A DNA stretch of 64,000 nucleotides. Origin: Mobula hypostoma (Eukaryota). The number at the start of each line of letters is the position of its first letter. Within the stretch, counting starts at the first letter, position 1. Where the stretch lies: the NCBI RefSeq assembly GCF_963921235.1, contig NC_086098.1, positions 37,510,001-37,574,000 of the forward strand, in the 5' to 3' direction. This document shows, piece after piece, positions 49,333 to 61,322 of this stretch. A program made the position numbers and the translations under genes. The notes beneath the pieces are model-generated. The model worked only from the letters and a program-made list of their open reading frames with translations, was not told where the DNA came from and did no database searches.

Positions 49333-49364
49333 ACTGAAGGTGAAACTGAATTGCTTCCTTCAGT

Positions 49365-49402
49365 TAGTCCTGACGAAGGGTCTCGGCCCGAAACGTCGAC
49401 TG
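49365..49402 (+). ncRNA. Minimal type I hammerhead ribozyme, intact
   Basis: AGUC(49366-69) CUGACGA(49370-76) A GGG-ucucgg-CCC GAAA(49390-93) CGUC^ GACU(49398-401). Predicted cleavage after 49397. Confidence 0.85.
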
Positions 49403-49934
49403 TACCTCTTCCCAGAGATGCTGCCTGGCCTGCTGCGTTCACCAGCAACTTTGATGTGTGTTGCTTGAATTTCCAGCATCTGCAGAATTCCTCGTGTTTA
49501 AGCTATTGGGCTTGTTGGCCTGGGCTGGAAAGAACTGAGCAGCTGAACGGAGATGGGAAAGACCATGTCCAGCAGGGGTGGGTGAAGAGGAAGAGATAGG
49601 ATCTGGGTAGACTATCAGCACCTGGAGCATCTTTGCCAGGCCCTTTCAATGTGGGTCACAGCGCTGAACCCCACAACTCAGAATGCGCAAAAACACGCTA
49701 GCCCCAGCCTGCCCAACACTCGCCCTCGCAGACAGCCGCTCCACTCTGAGCCGTGGGTGACCCATTGCTGGATTTGCACCAAGTACCCTGCACTGTTAAA
49801 CTGTCAGTCGTGCATCTACAACCTTTAATAACCCCTTTCATCGTTGTTTCCACTAGAACACATCCTATGCACTGAGCTACAAATGCATTAACCTGGGCCT
49901 TCTCTGTCCACACACTGTGCCTGATCTATTTTCA

Positions 49935-50765
49935 AAAAGAGAATCCAGGTTTATTATCACTGAAACATATTAAGAGATTTGATGCTTTGTGGCAGCAATA
50001 CAGTGCAAGACATAAAAATTATTATAAGCTGCAAAATAAATAGTGCAAAAGACAAGAGGTGAGATACTGTTCACGGAGCATTCAGAAATCAGATGACAGC
50101 GGGAACAGTGTTCTTGAAATACTGATTGTGGGTCATCAGGCTGGTAGTAACATGAAGAAAGCATGTATCAGATGGTGAGGGTCTTTAATGATGGATACCA
50201 TATGCTTGGGGCACCACCTCTTAGAGATGTCCTCAATGGTGAGCAGGGTAGTGACTGTGATCCAACTGGCTGAATCTACAAATGGCTGGAGTTTAGTTAT
50301 CAAATGCTGACATAAAATGGTTCCTTACATTATCAACTCAGCCTTCACTTGGTTATATTACTGGGGGTTATTTGTACCTGAAATGATGCAACTAATCTGC
50401 AGCCTCTTACATTGGTTGCATCACAGAATGTTATAGTGTCTCCAATCAGAATGCTCTCCAGCATACATCTCCAGAAATTTGCAAGAGTCCTTGGTGACAT
50501 ACCAAATCTCCTCAAACTCCTAATGAAGCAGAGGCTTTGGCCTGCCTTCGTTGTGATTGCGTCAGGATCCTGAGCCCAGAATGGATCCCCTGAGTTGTTG
50601 ACACCAAGGAATTTAACGCTGCTCGTCCTTTGCACTGCTGACCCCTCAAGGAGGAATGGTGAGTGTTCTCCTGACCTCCCCTTGAAGTCCACAACCAATT
50701 CCTTGGTCTTACCGACATTAAATGCGAGGCTGTGCTGCAACACCAACCAGCCAGCCTATTTAACC
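49935..50765 (-). mobile_element. Rex 3' part with a foreign insert
   Basis: NVGKTKELVVDF..KFLGV..RSLRRFGMSP..ESIL. Confidence 0.8.
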
Positions 50766-52039
50766 TTCCTATACTCCTGGGCATTTCTACCGTTCTCCTT
50801 CTGGCTTCAGGTTTCCGCAACAACTCTGACCTGAATTCTGCAGCTTTATCATGTTTTATTTCTCCCTTGCTGTCCTCATTACTTTGTCAACCAATAAACA
50901 ATGGAATCCTCTTGGCAATGCTAGCCTCACTCTATCACAGAAATTCTCTCCGTCCCATCCAACACTCTTCTACTCTCTGCACAGCTTAAACCTCACTTTC
51001 ATCTCTCCATTGAAGGATCTCTGATCTGAAACATTAACTGTTTCTTTTTCCATCTATAGTTTATCTACACGTGTAGTCAGAGCACAGCGACTCTCCCCAG
51101 GAGACGATAGCCATTGGGGAGGATGGTGGCTCCTCTGTAAGCTGGTGGGTCGGTCCTTGGCATCTCAGCTTGGGCTCAGGTTAAATAACAGTTAGAGTTG
51201 AAGTGATGTAGTGGACTTTGAACTGCACCAACTCTCAAAGATCCCTCCCACCTGTTTCTGGAGAGTCTCAGCACAAAGATTCCTTTACCCCTCCCAAAGA
51301 GAAGAAACTCGTACTCTTTTATTACATTGTTTTCAAACAGTCATAATAAATTGCTCTATACCAAATGGCTGGAGTTTTGTTATCACATGCTGACATAAAA
51401 TGGCTCCTTACATTATAGATTCAGCCAGCACTCAAATATGGGTTATTTGTACCTGACAATATAAATAGTCCTACTTCCTAAGTTATGTACTCCTATCACA
51501 GGAGAACAGAGGGGAAGAATGGAGGAGATAGTGTATCACATTTACCTGCTCTGTGGTCCTCTGGTATTCCACTTGGTTGAGGGCAGAGGAATTTAAAGGT
51601 GCTTCCCACCTCAATTCCCTCCTAGGACTGTAACTTGTAGCCTACTGGAAAGGAAGAGAAAGGATTATATTAGTTTTGCAACACAAGTATGATGGACAGA
51701 ATGGCCACCTTCTATATTGTCTATGAATATGGAGGTAGCAAAGTCATGGATTTGATAGAAGTAAGTCTCACTTTTGCTGGGGTGATGAGCATAGACACGT
51801 TCTCTTTTCCATCCAGCGGACAACATCCAGAAGAATCATTCCAGGTGCCCATTGTTATGGAACTCATCCTAGTCTTGTGGGTCCTTAATTAAATTTTTTG
51901 AAATCTGTGCACAATATCACACAATACATTTAGATTAAGATGGACAATATTGGACATGTTTAGCTTTGTATGGCTGCCGGAGTTAAAAATCTGCCATACC
52001 ACTCCTTAAACCATAAAAATGACATCCCTCTGATCTTGA

Positions 52040-53015
52040 ATCATAGAAACTACAGCAAAGAAACTGGCCCTTCAGCCCATCTAGTCTGTGCTGACCCATG
52101 GAACTACATAGTCCCATTAACCTACACCCAAACCATAGCTTCCATACTCCTCCCATTCATGTATCTATCACAATTTTTTTCTTAAACTTGCACTGGCAAC
52201 TCATTCCACACTCTCACCACTTTCTGAGTGGAGAAGTGCCCCTTAAACATTTCACCTTTCACCTTTGACCCATGACCTCTAGTTGTAGTCCCACCCATCC
52301 TCAGTGGAAAAAGCTTGCTTGCATTTACCCTATCTTTATCCCACATAATTTTGTATCCTGTACCCCTATCAAATCTCCCCTCAATTTTCTATGTCCCAGG
52401 GAATAAATTCCTAACCTGTTCAACCTTTCCCTATAACTCAGTTGCTCCAGTTCCAGCAACATCTTTGTAAATTTTCTCTGCACTTTTTTAATCTTATTTA
52501 CTTATTTCCTGTGGGTAGGTGACCAAAACTGCCACACTGCTCCAAATTAGGCCCCACCTACGTCTTATACAATGTCAACATAACATACCAACTCCTGTAC
52601 TCATAAATTGATTTATGAAGGCCAAAAATGCCAAATCTTTATGACTCTATTTACCTGGGATATCATTTTCAAGGAATTGTAGACCTGTATTCCCAAATCC
52701 CTTTGTTTTACGGCACTCAGTTCCCTACCACTCACTGTAAGACCTGTCTGGGTGGTGCAATTGAAATGCAGCACCTCACACTTGTCTGCATTAAACTCCA
52801 TCTGCCATTTTTAGCCTATTTTTCCAGCTGGTCCAGATCCCACTGCAAGCCTTGATATTCTTCCTCGCTGTCCACTACAACCCCATTCTTGGTGTCATCC
52901 ACAAATTTGCTGATCCAGTTTACCACATTATCATCCAGGTCATTGATATAGATGTCAAACTACAACTGACCTTGCACCAATCCCTATGGCGTACCACGAG
53001 TAACAGGCCTCCAGT
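52040..53015 (-). mobile_element. CR1 RT/3' fragment
   Basis: MEFNADKCEVLHF, KFVDDTKNG, 3' tail at about 52040. Confidence 0.85.
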
Positions 53016-54139
53016 CATCGAGGAAGTCCCCTTTCTGCCTTCACACACCAACCTGACGTCGTAACTCTGTGGAGAAGGCAAGCTGATCAAAATCTGATTG
53101 TGAGAGTACACTTATCTTCGCTACTGCTACTTTCTGATTGAGAAGCCCCGAGAGCCACTTTTCCCCCTCTTCCACACACTAATCCCTGTAAGGGCAGGAC
53201 ACGCCCATGATGATTGTGCCCCTGTGCTATGTATCTGGGCCAAAGCAGGTGCTGCAGAGAATGTGTTTCTGAACACTAACAGAGGTGTGGGGGGGGGGAG
53301 AAAAGTGATTAAATTCAACTGACATTTTCAGAATCTGTGCTTTGGAATTGCTGTTGTAGTGGGGAAAATAAATTATATTGCGGACAGGAAAAAAACAAGA
53401 GTTTCCTTAAGAGGTTAATATGTTAGTCAGCTGAAGACAAAACCTTGCCAGATTTTATTTATTAATGAATATTATAAATGCTGCCATTGGGCTTCAAAGG
53501 AACCTGACTTTTCCTGTGTGCCAGTACGTGCTTCCAAAGGAATAAGTAAATAATTGTTGTGATATTGTCCTTAAGGAAGTCCTTTCTATACTGAGAGAGG
53601 GAATTCCATTTACAATGGATTGGAGGATTTGTGTGAATAGGAAAGGGGCAGGCAGGTGAGCACAATATTTGTATTCTCTCAGCTTACCCCTGAGACTCAG
53701 CCTGGTTTATTGTTCAATACCATTTTATTGTAGGTCCAGTTAGACACTTTTGACAAATATGAGAAAGCAGTTTAGTGGTACAGCTGGTGACCTGTCAGTT
53801 GAGGTTCCCACACTTCGAAGGAAACGGGGTCTCCACAACCATAGACACAGGCTGAGGAAACGGCTGCAGGCACTTGAGGGACGGGCTGTCTAGGGATGAG
53901 GGAGACCGCTGTGCCAATTATAATACAATGTTTTGTTGTCAGTGTTTGCTTTAGGCACAAGAAAGAATGCCATTTGTGAATTAGTATTTCTAACAAATAC
54001 TGCAGGATATTCCCTGTTTCTGTGCTTTACACAGTTTGGGCACAGGGAACTTCCTTCAGCCCAGATTTGGCTCTTCAGTCCAAGTGTAGTTTGGAGCTCA
54101 GATAAATTCTAACACATTAAGGTGGAAAATGTATGTGGT

Positions 54140-54470
54140 ATCTTTCACACTGTTCTCAGGATAGTCCATTTTTCTAAAATGACAGTAATTGTTGCAATGA
54201 AGGAAACTTGGAAGCCAGTTTCTACACAGCAGACTCCTACAAGCAGCAGTGTGATCATTGGATTTGGTAACAGTAGACGAGAAATAAATACTGTCAAGGA
54301 CCCTTTAGGTGGTATCATGCTTTAGGATCCACCTGAGGGAAGATGAGGCCTCAGTTTCGCACCCTCTGCCTTCAGCAGTGAGCCATCCCCTGACTACAGC
54401 ACTGAAGCGTCAGCGTAGCTCTCTGCTCAAGTGTTCAAGTGGACCGTGAGCCCATGACTTTCCAACTGTT
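54140..54470 (-). mobile_element. Ancient DeuSINE-like relic
   Basis: TCCACCTGAGGGAAGATGAGGCCTCAGTTT..CAGCACTGAAGCGTCAGC..GCTCAAGT. Similar decayed copies at about 15880-16000, 18055-18230 and 42050-42447. Confidence 0.5.
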
Positions 54471-56094
54471 GACAGCTACTATCTGATTCACCTCGTGCTG
54501 CACTGTTAATTGTACACACCTCTCGTCCGTTGCTGCGTTATTCATCACTTGGTAATGTCCAGAAATGATCATAAAGTTTATTACCAGCCCACACCGAAGC
54601 TGCTCTCTATGAGAACTTCCACTCGGTGGGCGTGAGCCAGTGACAGCTCCACAGGTGCTGCAAGAGGCAAAGACTCAGCAGTAGCTCAGTGCTGATTTGA
54701 TATATTTGAGCAATAATGTACTACTATCATGCAGCAATGAAATATCAATTCAGTACAATGCTCCTTGTCAACAGGGATCTGTGCCTCTGCTGTCTGCTCC
54801 CAATTCTGCAATATTTGAGTGCAGTTTTTTAAATATAATTCTCTTCCATTGACTTTTAATTGTCTGAAACTGTAGGAACTGGCAAAAGCTTCAGTGCCTG
54901 AGAGTAGTGAGCCAAGTTTGCATTTGGAGTCCATTCCTGCCCTCAAATTATTGCCCAAACCTTGTTTAAAATTATCGTTTCAAGGAGTAAGAAGGAAAAT
55001 ATGTTTTTCACACAAAGGGCAGTTATTTTGGCAGGGTATCATCTGTACCATTACAAACTCTGTTCCTATTCATTGGTCCTAACACCCTGCCTGCCTGATG
55101 TCTGAGACGATTCACAACCACGTTGCCTCATCTGACCTTGGCCGATGCTTCCATAGTTTTTCCATCACCAACACCTCCTTCCTTCTCAACAACATTTAGT
55201 TTTAGTCCCTGTTGTAAACCTCCCCAGTACTCTCCTCAACTTTGTGCTTCATAATTCCAATGCTGCCTTCCATCCTCCGATCATTTAAAACTGTATATTG
55301 TATCCTAACCTGCACTAAATCCTGATCCCCGATTAACCTGCTACCTTAGACAATCCTCATCCTTGAAGAGACCTTCTCATAACCTCCTGTATCCTATAAA
55401 CTCTACTTCTCCAACCTCTCTAATAAACTCTGGACTTTTAACTTTGTCTTTACAGGATGAGCATTTGAGACTATGCCTTCATCTGCCCAGGTTACATTTG
55501 AAATTTCCCTCCCTAAAATTCTTCCGTTGCTCCTCCTCAATGAACAAACCTAAACATAACTTCTGTCCTAATGGTCCTCCACTCACTGGGCTCTACTGTT
55601 TAACTGCACCATCTTCATAGGAAAGTCAATGGCAGCTAACCACAAATATCTGAAGATGTTGGAGATGCATCACTCTGCCAGTATTTTCATGAGAAACCAT
55701 ACAGTACTGTCAGGAAATGCATCTTACAGTAGCAATTGCTGTATTTACAGAGGGGATACACTATGAGCTTACCTGAGAAAGTGGGAGCAAGACTGGTATG
55801 GCAAATGGGGCTTGCTTTGGGGTCATTTAAAGTCGATGCCTACTTAATTTGATCTGTCAAACTAGTGCCTTATTCTAATTTTTGCCGACAAATCTCTCTG
55901 GTACTGAAAATTACTTATCTCCAGCAGGGAGTCAACTGTTTTTCATGACTCATTCTCTTGATGTTTTAAAATGCCGCATATAATTGTGAACCTCATTAAA
56001 TTGTCTTGCCCTACGGTCCCGTCCTTCTTGGTCCCCATGCTGCTAACTTCAGATAAATAAAAACATATTAGATGAAGACAGGAAATGTATAGGA

Positions 56095-56257
56095 GAAACG
56101 CGTACAAAATGCTGGAGGAACTCAGCAGGTGAGGAATGAAGAGTTGGCTTTACAGGCTGATACTCTTCATCAGGACTGGAAAGAAAGCGGGAGAATGCCA
56201 GAATCTTGGCCTCCTGCATTTCTGGATTTCCATCATCTGCAGAATCTCTAGAGTTAT
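56095..56257. mobile_element. PLE-derived insertion with decayed hammerhead on minus strand
   Basis: CTCTTCATCAGGACT is antisense AGTCCTGATGAAG, and the PLE tail is present. Perfect 13-bp TSD GAAATGTATAGGA (56082-56094 / 56258-56270). Confidence 0.75.
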
Positions 56258-56734
56258 GAAATGTATAGGATATTTTCTAGTTTCATATAGATCCAAGATG
56301 TGTTATTTTCTTTGCCCAATCGATCATCAGCATGTATTTCTGGAGGAAATCTGTCCAAGAGGGAGGTGCGCTACATGAGGGATCTTTGCTGTGCCGCAGA
56401 GAATGTGCAGCACAGTGAGAAGGAGTGAATGAACAACCAGATGACCCAACCACGAACCACAGTCTCCACTTTTACTAGTGCCCACACTACACCAGAATAT
56501 GTGGAGCCCAGATCGGCCTCTTCTATAGATCCCGAGGACCCACCAACCAACAGCCCCTTTGGAGAACATCTTACTCAACCTGGGTTTTTGCATCACGACC
56601 AATATTTCAAAAAGTTCATCTCATAATACATCAAGATTAAGTGAACTAGGCAAATATAATAAATAGCAACAATAAATCATTGGGGGTTATCTTCATTTTT
56701 CAGTCCACTGCTCATAACAGCGGCTTAAAGGAGT

Positions 56735-58205
56735 TGGCAAATTGGTGCCTCACTAAATTCTTTGGGATGTATTCAAGGATTCACCTTCGAATCTGAATGA
56801 ATTATGCCACAGTCATCACCGACTTCATTGAGACCTATGTGAATGAGTGTGTGCCTTCAGGAACATGCCAACCATATCCAGACCAGGAGATTCACCTACT
56901 TCTTCATTCCCAGGAGGGAATCTGTGTGGGAGGCACGTTTTGTATACCTCCCCCCCTCAACCAATTGGAAAACCAGAGATACCCCAGAGCACCACAGAGA
57001 TTCACAGTCTGCTGGGACTAGATCTGCGGCGTTCAATGCCGGCAATCCAGAACCCTGCAAGAAGTCCAGGGACAACCGACAGAAGGCCAGCATAAAGGCA
57101 ATCCCATATGAAGTTAGGGCCACAGTCGGATGCATAACATCTGTGGTAGGGATGATATGCCATTATTTCCTATAAGGCAAAACCTAATATTATAGATGAA
57201 TGTGATGCTTCACTCTCCAAAAGGGAGAATAAAATTACACCTGTGCGGATCTACACCGCATTTGGTGACCCTTGACCCCTTGATTTCCGATTGGAGGCTG
57301 AAGTCACAGCAACTTTCAGGAGGGTGAATCTGACAAGGCATCAAGCCCTGATGGTGTACCTGGTAGGGTACTGAACATCTGTGCCAGCTAACTGGCTGCA
57401 GAGTTTAAGGACTGCTGAATTTGGAGCTTCCCACATGCTTTGAAAGGACATTAATCGTACTGATGCCCAAAAAAGAGCAGGGAGAGCTTCCTCAGTGGCT
57501 GTCACCCGATAGCACTTGCACCTACTCTGATGAAACGTTTTAAGAGGTTGGTTATGGCCAGAATTAGCCCCTGCCGAAGAAAGATCCAGGCTCTTTCCAA
57601 TTTGCTTACCGCCACTACAGGCCTATAGCAGATACAATCTCACTGCCTCTCCACTTGGCCTTGGACCATCTGGACAACAGCAGTCACCTTGTCAGGCTGC
57701 TGCACATTCAGTACAGCTCGGCGTTCAACACCATCTTACCTTCAGTACTAGTCAACAAGTTTCCAAGCCTGACTACACCCATGACTGTGTGGCTAGGCAC
57801 AGCACCAGTGCTCTCTACGTTCACTGGTGACACTTCGGTCGTTAGCAGAATCTCGGATTGTATCGAGGGGGCGTAGAGGGACGAGACAGATCAGCTGGCT
57901 GAGTGGTGTCGCACCAACAACCTGGAATTCAACATCAGTAAGACCTGATTGGAACTGATTGTGGGCCTCAGGAGGGGAAGGTAGGTTGGAAGAACATGCA
58001 CCAGTCCTCATCCAACAGTCAGTAGTGAAAAGAGTGAGCAGCTTCAAGTCCCTGGGCATCGAATCTCGGAAGATCAATCTTGGGCACAAGTTGATGCAAA
58101 CATGAGGAAGGCACACATTTAGAAGTTTGAGGAGGTTTGCTATGTCACCAAAAAAATCTAGCAAATTTCTACAGATGTACAGTGGAGAACATTCTGACTG
58201 GCACA
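56735..58205 (+). mobile_element. Rex LINE remnant, heavily decayed
   Basis: YATVITDFIETYV, ALDHLDNS..YSSAFNTI. Homologous to the reverse complement of 38900-41000. Confidence 0.75.
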
Positions 58206-58228
58206 AAAACAAGAAATTACAGGACGTA

Positions 58229-58356
58229 AACAACAGGAATTCTGCAGATGCTGGAAATTCCTGACGAAGGGTCTCTGCCTGAAACGTCGACTGCACCTCT
58301 TCCTAGAGATGCTGCCTGGCCTGCTGCGTTCACCAGCAACTTTGATGTATGTTGTT
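58229..58356. mobile_element. PLE terminal fragment with internal inversion; hammerhead core at 58261-58293 (+)
   Basis: Antisense terminus (58229-58260) is fused to sense CTGACGA-AGG..CCT-GAAACGTC-GACTG. TSD AATTA(C/G)AGGACGTA at 58215-58228 / 58357-58370. Confidence 0.8.
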
Positions 58357-60644
58357 AATTAGAGGACGTACTGTATATTGTGATAATAAATCAGAGTCTG
58401 ACATCCAGAAAGGGCTGTGAAAAACAAGACCACTGGAAACCTTCCCATTCTTTCAATCTCTATGCAGTGAATTGGAACATTTTTGTACTTAAAAGATATT
58501 CCAGAATTGCTCATTGCTGTTGGTTCAGCCCCTGAGACAGGGTTTACCAACCTGTTTAACGCCATGGGGCCTTGCCATTAACTGAGGGGTCCATGAACCA
58601 TGGGATGGGAGCCCCTTCTCTAGTGTCTCAGTACAAGGACACCTGGCAGACAATTACTGGATTGTTTCAAGTTGGGTAACAAGAGATATTATTGGGTGGA
58701 ATGGGCATTTTCTAAATTGGAGGATCTCTGAGCTGTTTTAACTTTTTTTGACTGTGAATTACATTTTTTTTTCTGCAGCCAATTAGATTCTATTAGCGTA
58801 GTAGCTTTTCTCTATTGGTTTCTGACAGTAGGTTTGAGCTAAGAGATGACCACTAAACTGTGATATAAAGAAACAAGGATTAATACGGCATTTAGAAATG
58901 TCAGACGGAAATAAAGGCTGATAAAACTGTTAATTTTTTTGGAAAACTGAGCTTAATACCTGAGATACAGAAATTAGATCATTTAAAGTTACCAGATCTG
59001 ATATCATCTTGAAAGTTATCAAATGATAACTTTCTGCAGTCACCCAGAGCATTTGTTCAAAAGGGACTTTTATTGCTCTATGTCCAATGATTGGCATAAT
59101 ACCACAATAAAAGACCCAGAGGAGAAGAGAAGGAAGTTCCCAACAGAGCAGGCTGGGGTAAGTGTCTGGTAGAAGCAGGAACACTCATCACACTTAAATA
59201 ACATTTGGATGTGTACATCAGCTCAATGTATCAGGTACTGGAAGGTGGAATTTGACTAGGTAGCTCTAGCAGCTGGCACAGATGTTAGTTGAACGCTCTT
59301 AATATAATTCTATGGCTCCACAACTGAATTTATAATCCACAGACTATTTTCTATGATATAAATAAAGTGTTATATTTTGAATCATTTGAGCCAACCACAC
59401 TGATTTTTTTTTAACAAAAGATGTTACACACACTTGATGGTGAAGCCTGCTGTCAAGAGCAGGACTGCCCACTGCCCTGCCATCTAGTGATTAGATTTGC
59501 TTACTGCAGCTCATCAGAGAGCCCTTGCAAAAACACTGCAGGCAACAGTGAAGGTGTTTTTTTTTCTTGCATCTTTACATCTTTTAAAATAATGGGATGT
59601 TGACTTTTATCATTAATTGCTGCTGACAAATCAATAGCCATCAGTCAACCATGTTACTGTGGTTTGGGAATCATGTAAGTGGGTAAGGAGAGATTTCTTT
59701 TAGTGAAATAGACAGATATTTAGGACAATCCAAGTGTTTCAGTATATTGTTATTGCAGACATTAGCTAATGTATTTAACTAAATTGAATTTAAATTTCCC
59801 TGCTGGGACAGCCTCCCTGGTGTGATTTGAACTCTTATCTCTGGATTAGTCCAAGCCACTGAACTAATGCCCACTAATTTAACCACCTTGCTACCACAAA
59901 GACTTATTTTCCCCTTGGAGAATATGTGAATGAATTCCCCATCAGACAAAGTGCTTTCAGCATAGCCTGTAATCAAAAGGCACTGTAAAGTTTTAAGAGT
60001 CTTGCAACACAAGAACCAAACCTACAGCCACCAAGTTAGTGCCGATACCAAGCACCCATTTACAGCAAAACCACTTTAATCTTCACGCATTACCCAACAA
60101 CCCGATTCCAGATCCTATCTCTCACTACACGCACTTCGTTCTTCGAATCAGTTTGTGCCTCCTCTTACGCAACATCCATTTAAAGAAGAATCCTCAGCTG
60201 AACATAAAGATCTTGGTAGCAGGAAGGAAAGAAGCTTCCAGACTGGTCCTGACCATCATTCTTCACTCGTGCAAAACAGATCGTATAAATGAAAATAGAA
60301 TGCTGGAAAGAAAACAGAATCAGCAGGCTAACCAGATCTGAAAGGAATGAAACAGGTTTAACATTTTGGTTCAATAACCTTTTGAATCATTGGATGACCT
60401 GGGCAAGATCAAAAAGCAAAAAAAAAAGTGCAGTTGGTGGAAATGTGAAATGGCAACACTTGCAGGCAGACCCCAGCCACAACCTTGGACTATATTGGTC
60501 CTTGACACAAATGATGCATTTCACCGTATGTTTTGATGTACCTGGGACAAATAAAGCTGATCCTTTTTTATATAGAAATAAAAACTGCTACACATCAGGC
60601 AGTTATTTCTGGAACCAATTTTCACCCCCCCCCCCCGACACGAG

Positions 60645-60825
60645 CCTGCAGATACCGGAACCTGGAGCAAGAAATAAACTTGCTGGAGACACCCAGCAGG
60701 TCGAGCAGCACCTGCTGACATGTCCTGATGTAGAGTTTTGACCCAAAACATTGAATCTTGACAAATCCTTTCTTCCACAAATGGTGGTTGGCTTGCTGAG
60801 TTCCTCCAGTAGATTGTCTGTTTTT
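60645..60825. mobile_element. Old PLE-derived fold-back remnant
   Basis: TGCTGGAGAC..CAGCAGGTC and GCTTGCTGAGTTCCTCCAG form degenerate arms. GTCCTGATGT...CCCAAAAC is a decayed core. Confidence 0.55.
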
Positions 60826-61162
60826 TTATTTTGTGCAAATTGTCTGCTACTTTTCCTGCAGTAGTCTGGTACATGCATACAGGTGACCCTGCATTGTGGG
60901 GAGCAGGGGGCAGTTTGCAATTCTACAAAATGTTCTCTTTTTCAATTCTCTATATTATGAAGTTGCGTTGTCTGCATGTGTCAAAAATACAAGTTGATAA
61001 AACATTGAATTTTTGAGGAAAAAAGTAAAGAAACAATGACAGTGAACTTTATTCCAAAGTTGAGTTTACTCTCGTATACATATGTACCAGTATACAGTGA
61101 AAACTTGCAGCAATGTCATGAACACATAGCATCACGTGAACGGCATTCACAAGAAACACATT

Positions 61163-61322
61163 ATGCAACACACACAAAGTGCTGGAGGAACTCAGCAGGT
61201 CAGGCAGCATCCATGGAAAAGAATAAACAGTTGATATTTTGGGCTGAGACCCTTCATTAGGAGTGGAAAGCGGTGGGGCAGTGGAGGGGGGCAGTTTCCA
61301 GCATCTGCAGAATATCTTGTGC
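61163..61322. mobile_element. PLE-derived insertion (decayed hammerhead) inside a Rex 3' tail
   Basis: ACACACACAAAGTGCTGGAGGAACTCAGCAGG...GAGACCCTTCATTAGGA...TTTCCAGCATCTGCAGA. Confidence 0.7.

Larger units (their letters stand above)
49237..49500 (+). mobile_element. PLE-terminus-derived fold-back mini-element (264 bp)
   Basis: Perfect 104-bp inverted arms 49237-49340 / 49357-49460, a 16-nt loop and a 40-nt PLE terminal tail. Perfect 13-bp TSD AGCTATTGGGCTT (49224-49236 / 49501-49513). Confidence 0.92.

Noticed and set aside
49219-49599. ORFs on both strands sharing LLVNAAGQAASLGRGTVDVSGRDPSSGLTEG (also 6206-6734 and 29934-30152)
   Set aside because: Artefact of translating the PLE terminal repeat and palindrome; not a protein family.
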